Assembly (NCBI GenBank): GCA_965645245.1 | Contig: OZ287077.1 | Coordinates: 806,001-870,000 of the forward strand | Source of the DNA: Massalongia carnosa | Lineage: Eukaryota | DNA length: 64,000 nucleotides | Reading direction: 5' to 3' | Part shown: piece by piece, positions 46,973 to 60,753 of the stretch | How the letters are laid out: every line of letters begins with the position of its first letter | Numbering within the stretch: position 1 is the stretch's first letter | Notes under the pieces: model-generated | The model's input: only the letters and a program-made list of their open reading frames with translations | Database searches by the model: none | What the model was told of the DNA's origin: nothing | Program-made: the position numbers and the translations under genes

Positions 46973-49329
46973 AAAGGTATTCATATGCTATTTCAACAAT
47001 CAGACCTTTATGTATGGACGTTAACCTAAGTAGACGAGGCATTGATCCAAAATCGGAATGCAAGGGCGATAGTACCCGAGTTTACAGCAAGCCAAAAAAG
47101 AATGCATTAGCATTCCGCAACGCCTTGATGCAGCCATTCGTACCTAGGGGATTGCACTGACCATCGCTTTGCATCAGAAGCTTGGCACGGAATTATGCCA
47201 CGAGTCTCTAGTTGAGGGAGTTATGTACTTCTCTATTGCCATTTCTTGCCCCCCACACGCCGAATGAACGTAGACATTCAAGATAGAAAGCCTTTAAGTT
47301 CTGTCAACAACAGATTACGCAGGCATGCGGTAAGTTGAATGAGGACTAAAGCAACATATTTTTGATAGCCATTATTCGGTGTTCAAATTCAATCCACTGA
47401 CCATAGAATGTTAGTCCGTATAGGTGCAGATATGACGGAGGACATAGTCAGCTTCAATTTATAACTTGACAGAGATCAGCCGTTGCCTGATGCCGATTCT
47501 GAAGAGTACATTAGAGCCGGTAGCTGATTCAGGAAGCTGTCATTGGGAAAAAAGTTGGAGGACCTAAGACTGTTATGCCAGGGGCTTTAGCAATCAACTC
47601 AACCTTAGAAGACTTCTAGGAGCTCCTGAATGATGGACAGGTCATTAGCCTCTTTACAACCTCGACTGGTTGATGAAGTAATTAAGGTAGGTAGTCGCCA
47701 GCTAGAATGAGCCAAAGCGGCCGCCCAACTGGTCGATATCATAAGAGTGCAAAGGTAATATCTCACTTACCATCAAAGGATTACGCGCCGATGGGGTATA
47801 CTGTCCAGAGTTTCAGATATTCTTTTCATTACGGCTAAGAAAGGTAGGTATTACTAAAGCGTACGTTGTACTTCCCGGTCCCTTCGGCCCGTTTTACTAT
47901 CTTCCGTGATTGCCTTTCCAATTCCCATTCTTCTGGCTATGGGGAGGGGGAAGGGGGGATTGCGGCAACAAATCTCGATCTTGGGATTTCGAAAGAGGAA
48001 CTCAAGAATATCCTAGGGTGGAAATCCTTCTTCGTTCGAACTACCGGCAACACCCTTGCCTCCCTGCCTTGGCATTGTTGGCTTCTAACTAGGTATACCC
48101 AATCCTAACTCCCAAGGGAGGACAGGTAAAAGAAGCGATGGTGTGATTTACCGCTATCATGATGGGCGTAAATCCTTCCTACGTCTTCCCGTTGAGGTTT
48201 GGATTGGGGGCGCAAAGCCAGCAGCTTGAACACTAGGAGAAGCGAGAGGAAGGCTTCGTATCGGATTCGTTGAGGCTTGCAAGCCGGATCACGGGTGAGG
48301 GACGTGCGTGTGCCTATTTTTACTGTGACGTTAATGCTTGTAGTTCATTGCAGGCTCCCCCCTTCTCCGAACGAGTCATGCGCTGATGCACCTCATCTTG
48401 CACGCAACGAGAGTAATGGAAAGTGGGTGATCGGCCTTAGTTCCTATCACCCACATGGGAGGACTTGGGTTCACATGTTTGTTCACATCCAGGTACCCGG
48501 AACAGAGAAATCTGGAAGGTTAGAAAATGGAGAACTCTGCTCATGGATTGACGCTGCATTCCACTCGCGACGACCCTTTGGGGAGTTGGCAGCTATACGG
48601 ATCCAGAGTATTGTACGGAGCGCTCTGTAGTTCCTCGGGGGGGCGCAAGGTGGCCCTGTTCTGGACGGCCTCTAGCTTCTGCCAACTTAGCGGAACGCCG
48701 GTCCCTTTTCTCAGGTGGGAATTAAGGATGCTCCATGTTGCCCCTTGTTCTGGAAACCGACGATCATCCTGAGTTCTGTTTATCTGATACACGGCCCGAT
48801 GCGGGAGTTTTGAGTGATTTACGGAGTACTTTCGAACACGCCACGACACGGCGATGATTCTGAACTTGACGAAGTTGAGATACCTTGACGCATTTGTCTC
48901 TGCTTCACGTTTGCCCGACTGTTTCACACACGAAACTCGTGCATATCAATGATGCAAGTGAACCAACATTGCTCTGTATTGACTAGCATTAGTCGATACG
49001 GACTACTTTGAATACCCACTACGGCGTACCACTCTTAGCCTGGGATCTGCGGCATTTCGAAAGCTGGGACGTCCTTGTTTAGATTAGCGTCTGATTAACA
49101 TATTGAGCCAATCTCCCGACTCGATCTTTTCCTTTTCCGGGACATATTGCCTTCTCGTGCGTAATAAATACATACTGTATACCGAGTACATGCTGGGAAT
49201 GGAGCACCGTACGGATGGGACAAAGAGAGCGTTTCTTCTGCCTGTACTTTGCACGCAGACGGTGCTCTGGGTTTTGTGCTACGGATAGGTACTCGGCCTT
49301 CCAGCGAATGCATGATGGTTACGGATACA

Positions 49330-49397
49330 CTGAACGGAGTACTGAACGGAGTACTGTACAGAGTACTGTACAGAGTACTGTACAGAGTACTCTGTAA
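49330..49397. repeat. 12-bp tandem repeat CTG(AACG/TACA)GAGTA, 5 copies
   Basis: Read directly. Confidence 0.85.
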
Positions 49398-50677
49398 CCG
49401 TACAGAACTCTGCACTGCTGTACTCTGTAATGTCGGATACATTGCAGCGTGCTTGGCCTTAGTTAACACTTGCCAACGTGCCTTTTCCTGGCCCCAGCGT
49501 CTTTGCTTGATAGATGGTCTAACCGAGAATGGTCGTTCGGTCTGTAGAGTGTATCGCTAAATTCATTGAACGGCATTTGATTGGTATTTGTACCCATGTC
49601 CCAATGCCCTTTGCTCGTCCAAAGACCTTGAGACCCGAGAAACTCAAAAACCCAGAGATTCGCGAATTGGACCAGAGTCCCCAATCACAATCGCGAAGCC
49701 TCCCCTCCCAAATATACACTGTACTTCCGTATCTAGAAGGAAGTTGAGAAAATCCCCAGAACACAGAACCCGAAACAGAACATCGCCAAACATACTCGGT
49801 ATATATGTACACAACGAAACACCTCAACGTATACACATACTGTTAAGGTGCACGTGAGACTCAAACTTCCCCTCCCCCCCAAAATACCTCTTCGTCTCCA
49901 TCTTAAACCTTCGCCGGCATCCCACTGATACTCGATCTCTCTTCGCTCGAATGGAATCCCTGGTCGCATTAGACCTGTCAGCATTGGCCCCCCTGAGATT
50001 CGTTCGGCTTTGAACTCGCATGCATTGCGAACTCTTCAGCATTCGCGCAGCAACCGGACGGAGAATCTAGAAAGATTATACTCTGTATTTGTTCGCAGTC
50101 CTGATCGGTGAAGAGGGTGCATGGTGAGAAAACCGAAATCCTTCGGTCCTAGCCCTTTCCCGAAACTCTTGCGTGAGATACGGCAAACAACATACATTGG
50201 ACAAAGCGAGCTGCAACACATCGGTCAGTCGGTACGCATGCGCAATGCCATGTGAAAGAAAGTCTCGAAATCTTGCCGACGAATCGTGGAAGCAAACCAT
50301 TTAGCGCAGGCATCGCGCATGGATCCTGATCACGCAGAAAACATCGTATTCTTTGTTGGTCGTCGTTCTTAATATCATATCCACTCTTATATACGCACAC
50401 TAATATTATTATTCATTCTGCGGTGCATTTTCAGTCTGGCCCAAACCGTGTAAACCGCCGTGAAGCGAAGCAAGTTTGACCCAATATCGGACGCTCATGG
50501 AAAAATTGGCTGGGGTGCTTGCATGATCTACAAAACCCGCTGGTTAACAGAACCATCAAGACAACACGATTAGCATCAATCATTAGTGGAAACACAAACG
50601 ACAAGTCCTGTCGGTCACGTTCCGTCTGCGTCTGCGTCTGCGATCCCTTCATACGAATACGTCGCGGGGCGAAAGCG

Positions 50678-52725
50678 ATGCCACGAAGTCCCTTTTCCGG
50701 GGAGTCTCAACAAAACGGACACCGAAATATACCTATTTTGCCCTCTTCAAACAAATCGGTAGAACTCAGTCATGGAGAGCCGATGGATATCACGCCCCCT
50801 GCATCGGTCGCGATGGGTCCACCGGTTCACAGCAGCCCGGAGATGGATCACGTTGGAGGTATGAGCAACGGGACGTACGCAGAGACGCTTCACGCCCACA
50901 ACGGACCGGTGGCAAATGGGTTGAGCGCTGCCGCGGCAGCTTCATCACAGCAGCCGAAAGTGGTCCAGACAGCTTTCATACACAAGCTCTACAAGTAAAT
51001 CTTCGGTGACTGTCAGCAGCAGGGATTCCCCATCAGCTGACAGGTTTCTAGCATGCTGGAGGATCACAGTATACAGAACCTGATATCTTGGTCGAGCAAC
51101 AACGAAAGTTTCGTGATGTCCCCTTCGACCGACTTCTCCAAAGTTCTCGCGTAAGACGTTTCCGAGCTTAGGAGGAACAGTGTGCTGAGGATTCATAGAC
51201 AGTACTTTAAACATACAAATATCTCCTCATTTGTTCGGCAGCTGAACATGTATGGATTTCACAAAGGTACGCACTGCAAAGGAACCTTGACGTCAAAGGA
51301 ACAAACTCATTCCGTTCTGCAGTGAGCGATGTTTTCCACACCGGATCGCCCGAATCAACGCTGTGGGAATTCAAGCATGGGAATGGCAATTTCAAACGAG
51401 GGGATCTGGCAGGCTTGCGAGAAATCAAACGAAGAGCATCTAGACATGCGCTGATCCATCGAGATTCCTTTTCCTCGCCACATAAGCCCAGCGTATCCCA
51501 GCCTGGTACACCGGCAGAACCAATTCCGGACGTGGGAGACGTTCGGCTGGCAAACCTCGAGCATAGCCTTTACGAGTTACATGCCAGGTTAATGCGGACG
51601 GAGGAAAGTAACACAGCCTTGAGCGCTAAATGTCAGGTGTTGAATGAGAGTCTTGTCAAATGCCATCAAGTAAGCTGATGCTCAAACGAAAAGGGACGCT
51701 CGATTGACGAGACATAGTGGAGCCTTGACATGACCCATTTTCTCATTTCGATTGTTCCGGAGCAGGAGAGCCACATTCGCCGTGATCGTAAGTACCCAAA
51801 TTCCTGTTCAACGCAGAAAACCCAGGTTTTAATTCCCACGCCAGTTGCCACGATGCAAAAAGACGTCCACCGCCACCTTGATATGGTCCGAAGCTTTGAG
51901 GAACCTCATGAATCCCTCCTTTCCGGGCGTCAACCCTACTTCTCCAACATGGCTATCGACGCTGCCCCACTTTCTCCACGACAACCCGCTCAAGACGAGC
52001 GTCGCCCCTCTCTGCACGCCCTCCCTCCTCGTCCCATGTTCAAACCGCCGCAATCCACCCATTTCAGCGTCTCCCCCCGCCGCTACGGCTCCATCGGAAC
52101 CGGTCCCACCCCCGCTACTGCCACCCCAAATTTCTCCACTACCTTCCACCGTCCCCTTCAACACCCTCCTCCCCCCATTCAACCACCGCCGACCCTTGCC
52201 CAACATCCTCTTGCCTCGGTCAGTTCCTCCGATGGCCCCAATCTCGCTCGCCGCCATACCGCCGCCGATATCCGCGTTCCGGGCTGGACGGCCCAAAGCG
52301 GTTCTCCTTTCACCTCGGGCCAATCCTCCAGCCATTGGCCCTCATCACCGCACCAAACCCCTAGCGTCTCGGACCAACACGTGCGCGACGTGCTCGCCTC
52401 GTATGAGCTGGGCGCACCACGCCAGCAGCAGCCGTCGCACCCGCAGCAGCACGCTCATCCGCCATACCACTTCTCCGTATCTAACCAGACCACACCGCCG
52501 CTGACGACTAATAACGATACGAACCCCTCGACGCTGACCGTTGAGAGCGGGTGGTCATTTGGGGTACCCAAATTTCAAACTCGGCATTTGGGCGACTCGG
52601 CACCCCAGACGAGACGGAGCAGTATGGCCAGCAATGTGCATTCGTTACTCAATCCTGCAGAAACGGTGGAGAGGGACGAAGACGATGGAGGCGGGGAGGA
52701 GAGGAAGAGGAAAAGGCTTGGATAA
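50678..52725 (+). CDS. SFL1: HSF-type transcription factor, Sfl1-like
   Basis: AFIHKLY/MLED..LISW..FVM, YFKHTNISSFVRQLNMYGFHKV, WEFKHGNGNFKRGD, coiled coil, RRSSMASNVHSLLNP. Five introns. Confidence 0.88.
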
Positions 52726-54367
52726 ATTTAGAACGTGGACGTGAAGGTGGGTTACGTTTTGCATAAAAGTCAATATTAAGGGAGGCTTTGGAGGCAGTTG
52801 TATATTACGGGCAAAGTCCCGGTTTTTGAATATTCTTCAGATAAGAAAAGGGGGGTGGAGGTGGAGGTGGAGGTGGGGGATTCCTTGTATAGACGATCTT
52901 GTAAACGCTCTCTCTCTGTGTCTCTCTTTCCCTATATGTATTTTTGCAAGGATCTCCTTTTTTATTCATATATTTCTTTTTCTCTTCTCTCTTGCTGGTG
53001 TACAGGTATTGAAATTTTTTCTTTTGGAGAGAAGGAATTTAGATGAGTAGGAGAGAAGGAATGAGGAACAATGAAATCTTAAAATTTTAAGTTTCGTTTT
53101 TTTTGGTGCGCCAGAGGCAGTTTCCCCGTCACGTTTTGCGATTGTGTACACACACATGACACGATAGGTGGACCTAGAGTCTAGGCTTGATCTGGCTCGT
53201 GTTATATAGGTATCTTACTCGCCTACCCTATCTTTTCAGTCCCTGTCCCATTCGTTCAGGAGGTCTGTAGAGTCTTGTTTCTCGTTTCGTTTTATGTTTG
53301 TTTTGCTGTTTTGCTTCTGATACTACTATTTCCCTGCTAGGTTATTTTTTTACTCTGTCTATCTACCTCCCGGTGCTTGGATTTTTGGGGGAGAGGGGAG
53401 AGGGATGGTTTTTTTTTGGAGGGTTATTTTGGTGTTTTGCCATTTATTTTTCATTTCCTGGCGAGTCTAGAATTTAGGTGTTCGATGTTAGGGTTGGGGC
53501 AGGGACAGGGGTGAGTAGGCTGGGCAGAGCTTCGAGTTCGAGGTAGGTTTATGGTGGGGGTGTTGAGGGGTGGTAGTGGTGATATAGCGGGAAGGGAATA
53601 TGGAGGGGGGGCTTTGCGAGGCTGTGTTGGATATGTACCTATGTAGAAAGTAGTGAGACTAGGTTTTTTCGACCCGGGGAAGTGGGCAAAAGGGGGGGGG
53701 TTAAAATTTTGGGTTTTGTTTCCAGAATTTAAAAAAAGGGAAAAGGGTATATCGTCTTGGCTTTTCCTTATGGGTCTGGAATTTGAGGCATTTCTTTTTT
53801 AGGGGGGTTTTAGGTTTCTTCTTACAAGATATTTATGTTATTTCGGTTCGAAAGGTCTGGGGGGGGGTGGCTTAGGTTTTTCTTGATGGCTTGGGTTTGG
53901 GTTTGCATTGCCTAGTCTTTGGTTTTTACTCTTTGTGGCTCACTCTTCCTCAACTAGTCCTTTGCCTCACTCTCGATCTTTGAATCTTCTACGCTCACGT
54001 CCATAACCAGCTACCGACATAATTGACTCTAGCTTCACCTTGAGCTCTGGCTTGATGAGGACGACTTGAGAAGCAGGGTAGCGGAATGGGATGGGATGAA
54101 ATAGCGGGTGATATATTGTAAGTAAGGCTTGGAACAATACGAAGTGAGTGGTTTGCTAAGGTCTGTGGAAAGGCATAGAGCTGGGTTTGGCAGTCCGAAC
54201 CTTGCTTCCTTTGCTACAATAAGATTTATTCTGGAGCTTGGTTCCTGACACATAGCCCGGACTGCTATAAAGCTCCAAGAACCTCTCCCCGGAACCTCAA
54301 CAGGCAGACAGCTGGGGTTCTTCGAGTCAGTGGCTGTAACATAGAGCAGAGTTTCGTGAGATTCAGG

Positions 54368-55032
54368 ATGGCTAAGCAGCCGAAATCTTCTGAGCTCAGG
54401 TAAAAGGAAACTCGTGCAGAGTTTTTATAAAGGCTAATTGGATACGTAGTACTGATTTCACAACGACTTTCGGAATTATCGTCCGAAAAGACCAGGAGAT
54501 AATCTATAATTTTTACGTGCACCTGCTTGTTCCAATTTCTCAGTATGTGATCCGTCTCCTGGCAGCGGGAACACCAAGGCCGATGCTTGACACAAGCTCC
54601 CTCACCACCGTGTCTAACCCCCAGACATACCAATACTTCATTCGTTGGCTTTACCACAACGATTTCACCAAGCCAGGAGACGAGGCTTGTATCGATTACC
54701 CTGAGCTCTTGGAATTGTACTTTCTTGCTCGATATTTGGAGATAGGGCACCTCAAGAACGTTGTTGTAGATTCTCTCATTAGCAAGTCGGTTCTTAACAA
54801 GCAACCGATACCTGGCGGATGGAGTCAAAGGATCTACCGTGCGATCTCTCTGGACGATCAGCTTCGACGGCTCTGGGTAGATTTCTATGTCTGGTTGGTG
54901 GACAAGGACGACTTGAAGGAGCTTGTGGATGACCTTCACCCTCTTTTCCTCAAAGAGCTCGCAGTGGCTTTGATGACGCGATCTCTGGGTAGCAATGAAT
55001 TCACGAAAATGAGGCCACCCTATGAAACCTAG
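54368..55032 (+). CDS. BTB/POZ-like fungal protein
   Basis: Short exon 1 plus intron, then FIRWLY..LLELYFLARYLEIGHLKNVVVD..LRRLWVD, typical of fungal BTB proteins. Confidence 0.65.
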
Positions 55033-55323
55033 CCTCATACTTACCATCAGCGAGAGCCGAGCAGTCACCGATGCTGCTGTAGGGTGGACTTCGAAGGATT
55101 GGGGCATGAACACCGACTTAACTACTACCGTGCAAATCCGGACCAAAAGTGCCAACTCGCAACAGTATTAGCTGCAAATAGGGGGTTAGATGACGCATCT
55201 ACAGATATGGAAGGGACAAGAAAAGAAGATTCGTCAATTACAAGGAACCATAACTTGGGCTGCCAATAAGATATGAATCTTTGCGACTATGACATATCTT
55301 TATGATTTATTTAGACCCGTGCC

Positions 55324-56040
55324 TTAAGATGAACGGTCGCTCTTGTCCCGCCTTCTTTTCTTGCTCTTCACGCTCTTGGCCTGCGACTTTCTTGCAAGAA
55401 CTTCATCCAGATAACTACCCTGTTTCGGCAGCCCCTGAGATGTAGCTGGAGCGCTGGAATCCACATCTATAATTGCAGCTTCAAAATTCTCTCGCTGTAA
55501 TCCCTTGTCGACCTTCCGCCGCTTTGGTTTCCCAAGCGATGACCTCCCTTCCTCATCTTCGCTGTCATCCATCGTCTGCTTCGCAGAAACAGGTCTCGCT
55601 CTCATTCCCCCATGCCCAACCTGCACCCCTACTTTGCCACTATTACCAGCTCTATTGGCCTGTAGCTTCTTGTAATCTTTCCCTAATAGCTGCCTCCGCA
55701 ATTTCTCTTCCGTATCAAGCTTGTGTCGCTTAGCCTCTCCCTCCTTCGGTAAAGTCGCTCCAAGTCCCAATCTGTAACCCCAGTCCTTGTTTTAGCCATT
55801 CGGTCGTCTCCCCATCCGATATATATCGTAACTTAAAAACTCTTGCACTTGTGACAAAACTCACAGCTCAGGCACCGGCGTAAACATTTCTTGCTCTTCC
55901 CTTTCCATCTCGGCGTCCGATTTCGCATTCGTGAGCTCTGAGGGCGGGGGGAGCCATGATGCGATTAGGCGCTGAGACTTTGCGAGAGCTACGGAGGCGC
56001 GATTGAAGATGATGTCAGCTTCGGAGGGGATGGTTGGCAT
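55324..56040 (-). CDS. Conserved fungal hypothetical protein (DUF3245-like)
   Basis: NRASVALAKSQRLIASWL..PE/LGLGA..LRRQLLGK..EEGRSSL..SYLDEVLA, basic tail. One intron. Confidence 0.7.
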
Positions 56041-56187
56041 TGTGGAGGTTGTTGAGTAGATAGCTTACGGATTGAAACTAGAGGTCCCGGCTAGTTAAAT
56101 CCCCGGCCTCGGCAAAACTGGGGTAACGGGAAACCTCGTCGTTTCACCCTCGTCCTTCAGATTGTCGCTCTGTTAAGGATTGCTAAA

Positions 56188-58045
56188 ATGTTCAAATTTG
56201 CGTGCAGTCGGCCATTTGCCGCTGCGTTGAGAGCAGTAAAGGTGCGCTAAATCTCAGCGATGTTGAGTCGGATCTTCATGGCTGATCTGTGATAGCATGA
56301 TGTGCCCTCCAGAAGCTCTGGATTACAGCAAAAACGGTTCCTTTCGATCCACGAATACCTCTCCGCAAGTCTATTGAAGAAGGTGGATTGGATTGGACTC
56401 CTTTCATGAAGCGGATCAATTGGCTTATGCTTGATAGTATGGCATTGGTGTACCGAACGGCGAGGTCGCCCGGTCTGCCGCCGAGGCAGAAGCTATTGCG
56501 AAGAAGATAGGTGGGTTCTCTGAACGAAATGAGTAGATCAGACTGTGGAGGCTAAGAACTCTAGGCGGCGATGATATGGTTATTAAAGCCCAGGTTTTGG
56601 CCGGTGGCCGAGGGAAAGGAACCTTTGATAACGGCTGGAAGGGAGGTGTGAGGGTCATATACTCGTATGAGACGCTTCTACAACTCTCTACATATATTTG
56701 GATCTTCTGACTACCCGAAAGCCCAACCGAAGCCAAGATGGTTGCGGGCCAGATGATAGGCCATAAGCTAATCACCAAACAAACCGGCGCGGCTGGCCGT
56801 CTCTGCAACGCCGTTTACATCTGCGAGCGCAAATTTGCCAGGCGAGAATTCTATCTGGCAATTCTCATGGACCGGCAGTCACAAGGTCCTGTTATCATAT
56901 CTTCCTCGCAAGGGGGGATGGACATTGAGACTGTCGCCAAGGAATCACCGGATGCAATTATTTCAACCCATATTGATATCCACAAAGGTGTGACTGATGA
57001 TATCGCTCGAAACATTGCAACTGAGCTGGGCTTTTCCGATCGATGCATTGAAGATGCAAAGGATACGATTCAGAAGCTATACAAGGTTTTCATGGAGAAG
57101 GACGCCACGCAGATCGAGATTAACCCCCTTTCGGAAACTTCGGATCATCAGGTGATGGCGATGGATGCGAAACTAACGTTTGACGATAATGCCGAATTCC
57201 GACAAGAGGAAGTTTTCTCTTGGAGAGATAAATCGCAGGAAGATGCAGATGAAGTCAAGGCAGCTGAGTAGGTTTTCATTGTTATGATACTGGGTATAAC
57301 AGCTGATAGCCCTAGGCATGGTCTTAACTTCATCAAACTTGATGGCGACATCGGCTGCCTAGGTAAGACCCTTTTCGATTACCAAGTTTTATTACCAGCC
57401 AGAATTAATCCCTTCACAGTCAATGGCGCCGGTCTCGCAATGGCAACTATGGACATTATCAAACTCAACGGCGGCTCCCCCGCCAATTTCCTCGATGTCG
57501 GCGGCGGCGCCACCCCGCAGGCCATTAAGCAAGCCTTCGACCTCATCACGAGCGACCCCAAGGTCACCGCCATTTTTGTCAACATCTTCGGCGGCATCGT
57601 ACGGTGCGATGCCATCGCCCAAGGACTCATCTCAGTGGTTCAGAGTATGAACCTTCGCACGCCTATTGTCGCAAGGTTGCAGGGCACGAATATGGAGATG
57701 GCACATAAATTGGTGCGTATACATTTTCTTAGGTATTGGAGCTTAGAGTTTTGTGGATTGCTTCGTGAATAATTGGTTTGCTAACCTCGCGGTTTCCATG
57801 GTGTGTACTGTGTAGATCAACGAGTCAGGACTGAAGATCTTCTCCATTGAGGACCTACAGAGTGCGGCGGAAAAATCGGTGCAGTTCTCCAAGGTGGTCA
57901 AGATGGGTAAGTCTAACCCCTTTCCCTCAACCACTCTCCCCCGGCGCTCTTAGATCACTTCGTAGCTAACGAACTCTTCCCCCATTTCCTCCACTTTCTA
58001 GCTCGAGACATCGACGTTGGAGTTGAGTTCAACCTTGGCTTATAG
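56188..58045 (+). CDS. LSC2: Succinyl-CoA ligase beta subunit, mitochondrial
   Basis: [70 protein letters not shown]. Many introns. Confidence 0.96.
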
Positions 58046-58908
58046 GGCAATATCCTCAATGGGTTTTATTGCTCATCAGTTCCTCTTTGTGTGCGTGTAT
58101 GAGTCTAGTTTCTTTCCCACCACTACGTTTCTCACAAAGTCATGTCTATAGCCTTCCCCTCTGATAATGCAAACAAAAACAAACCTCCACCTGCCGGCTT
58201 CCTCGGTCCAGGGCCTATTCTTTGGATGACTACATGATAATAGAAACATGCGGTTATCGACTATGGGATTGATTGCATTGATCAACCATTTGGATTCTGC
58301 AAATCAACCCGTAACCCACAGCTCTGTGGATTGTGTTTTGTGGAGCGATAAATGGATGAATGGATGACTAACTACTTGCCTGTACCTTTCCCTCCCTTTT
58401 TTACATACAGAAGCATAATGCATTCACATATCCTCCAGCCTCGTCCCGCCCCGTCCCGCCACATCACCTCCCATTTACCCACCTACAAAGAGAAAATCTG
58501 CCCTCCAAGAACGTGTAAATCTTCCACTCACAATTACGTTTATATTAATATTCATTCTCTTCCCAGGCCCTATTCCCAGCTCTAGGTTCATGGGTTTTGT
58601 TCCTTTGTTTATTCATACCTTCATACCCTCATCAATTATCAGTCATCAATCATCAGTCATCAAGCAAATCTCTCCTCCCTTGCCGCCCCTCCCCTCTCCT
58701 TTCATCTAGCATCAGGCGTCTATCCTTTATTCGCTCTCACCTTCCTCACATTCTTTTCTCTTTTTAAGTCTTCCTCATCTTCTATTTATTCTAGCCCTCT
58801 TTTCTACATTCTCATATCTCATCTCATCCTATCTTTCCATTCCTCAGCTCGTTATCATTAACCATCATCCCAATTATTCCTCCAACCAACCAAAAAGCAA
58901 TAAAAACA

Positions 58909-60753
58909 ATGTCCATCCCTACCATCACCTCCCCTCGCTCCCTAACCTACTCCCAAACTCACATCTACCTCACGCTAAAGACCCACTTCCCCTCCACATC
59001 TTTCTCTAACCTCCCCTCCTCTTCCCTCTCTCCCTCTCCAACATGCACCTCCATCGCCCTCCCCCCCCTCTCCACCATCCCAGCTCTACTCGCCCACCTA
59101 ACCACAAACCACCTCTCCCTCTCCTCCACCCAGTCCCTCGACCCCGCCCGCATGCTCCTCTGCTGGGAGCCCGCCCTCGCCCGGCCCGACACCCGCCTTA
59201 CGAGCAGGAACCTCGCGGTCGAGATGGGCCTTGCAGGGCGGAGGGGGGGGAGGGACGCGCTGTGCGTGTGGGTTCTTGACCACGAAGGTGAGAGCGGGGG
59301 TGAGGGACATCGAGATGGTAGATGGAAGGGTGGGGATTTGGCGGATTTGGTGGATCTAGGAGCCGGTGGGAGCAGTGATCGCGGGTCGGGAGCTGGATCA
59401 GCGACGGCGGCGATGGGTGGAGGAGGGCGCTCGAATCAATCCGTTCAGGGGCCTGGTAGGACCGGGAACGGAAGTGTCATGGACAGATTATATGATTTGC
59501 ACTCCTCATCCTCCGCCGCCGCCGCCACTACTGCTGGCGCTGCTCGCGAGGGACTAGACCGTAGTGAGCCTTCAGTCACGTCTTCCGGTGGTGCAAATAC
59601 GCTGCAGAGGGGTGACGGCGAGAGTGTGAGTAGGACTGGTGCTAGGAGGACGAATCTTGCTACGGCGCGGGGTTTTGGTGTGGGGGTAACGGCTCGTGGC
59701 AATTACGACAACGACAAAAACGAGATCGGCGACGACGACGACGAAGACAGAAGTCCCAAGGATACCAGCGGTCAGCCGCCGTCCTCGAACGCGAACGTTG
59801 CATGGCGCCGGGGGTTCGCTGCTACTGGTGGTAGTACGGTGTGGAAGGATGAGAAAGCAAGTAGGGAGGGGGTGGAATCGGTTTTGGGGAAAGGAGAGAA
59901 AGCAAGCAGGAAGGAGGAAGAGTCGGAGGAAGAGGATGAAAGCACGTGGTGGAGTCTGGGGAAGGAGAAAGATAGTGTTCCTCCTCGTTATCCTCCTCAT
60001 CACAACGATATTGCCAGTACTGACGCCAACAAGAGCAAACGGTATGATGGATCCGGCGGAAGAATGGCGGGGGAGAGGGAGAGGGAACCAGGAACGGAAA
60101 GAGAAAGAGAAAGGCAACCCAGGACCCAGCCTCGCCCCTACCCCGACTCCCACCTCAACCCCAACCCCAATTTCAACCCCAACTTCAAATTCAACCCCAA
60201 CCCCAGCTTCAACCCCAACTTCAAATACACGCCCCCACCACAACCCCCACCGCCATATCATCAACAGCCGGAACCCCAACGCCAGCCCCAGCGCCAGCAC
60301 GAGTGGCGCGACGACAGCCTAGGCGACCGCCCGAAGGACCTGGTAGGCGGGCCACCGATCAGGCAGCTCGCGAGCATATTTCCGCGCACGAGGGGGGAGA
60401 AGGGGCTGGGGGAGTCGAGGTGGGCGGTTGGAGGCGGTGGCGGTGGCGGTGGCGGGAGTGCTATGGAGGGGGGGGATGTGGGTCATGCGGGATTCGGGCA
60501 GGGACTAGGACAAGGACGTGGTTCTGGGTCTGGGTCTGGGTCTGGGTCTGGGTCTGGGTCTGGCCAGTATAGGTCTAGGTCGGCTTGGGGGTTGGGGGCT
60601 GATGAAGGGCAGCAGCAGCAGCATCAGGGAAGTGGTGGGGGTGGTAATAATTGGTGGGGCGGGGATCGCGGACGTGCGAGGGGGGAAGATGGGGCTATGG
60701 ACTGGGAAGAGGGGCAGAAGGGGGATGGGAGAGGTGGACATGGGACATGGTGA
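58909..60753 (+). CDS. Hypothetical low-complexity (Gly/Ser/Pro-rich) protein
   Basis: 614-codon open frame with a good ATG context (AAACAATG), NPNF repeats and a (GS)n tract. No known domain. Confidence 0.55.
   Translation: MSIPTITSPRSLTYSQTHIYLTLKTHFPSTSFSNLPSSSLSPSPTCTSIALPPLSTIPALLAHLTTNHLSLSSTQSLDPARMLLCWEPALARPDTRLTSRNLAVEMGLAGRRGGRDALCVWVLDHEGESGGEGHRDGRWKGGDLADLVDLGAGGSSDRGSGAGSATAAMGGGGRSNQSVQGPGRTGNGSVMDRLYDLHSSSSAAAATTAGAAREGLDRSEPSVTSSGGANTLQRGDGESVSRTGARRTNLATARGFGVGVTARGNYDNDKNEIGDDDDEDRSPKDTSGQPPSSNANVAWRRGFAATGGSTVWKDEKASREGVESVLGKGEKASRKEEESEEEDESTWWSLGKEKDSVPPRYPPHHNDIASTDANKSKRYDGSGGRMAGEREREPGTERERERQPRTQPRPYPDSHLNPNPNFNPNFKFNPNPSFNPNFKYTPPPQPPPPYHQQPEPQRQPQRQHEWRDDSLGDRPKDLVGGPPIRQLASIFPRTRGEKGLGESRWAVGGGGGGGGGSAMEGGDVGHAGFGQGLGQGRGSGSGSGSGSGSGSGQYRSRSAWGLGADEGQQQQHQGSGGGGNNWWGGDRGRARGEDGAMDWEEGQKGDGRGGHGTW

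Noticed and set aside
54265..55155. 296-aa minus-strand ORF
   Set aside because: Antisense shadow of the BTB-like gene, with no motif of its own.
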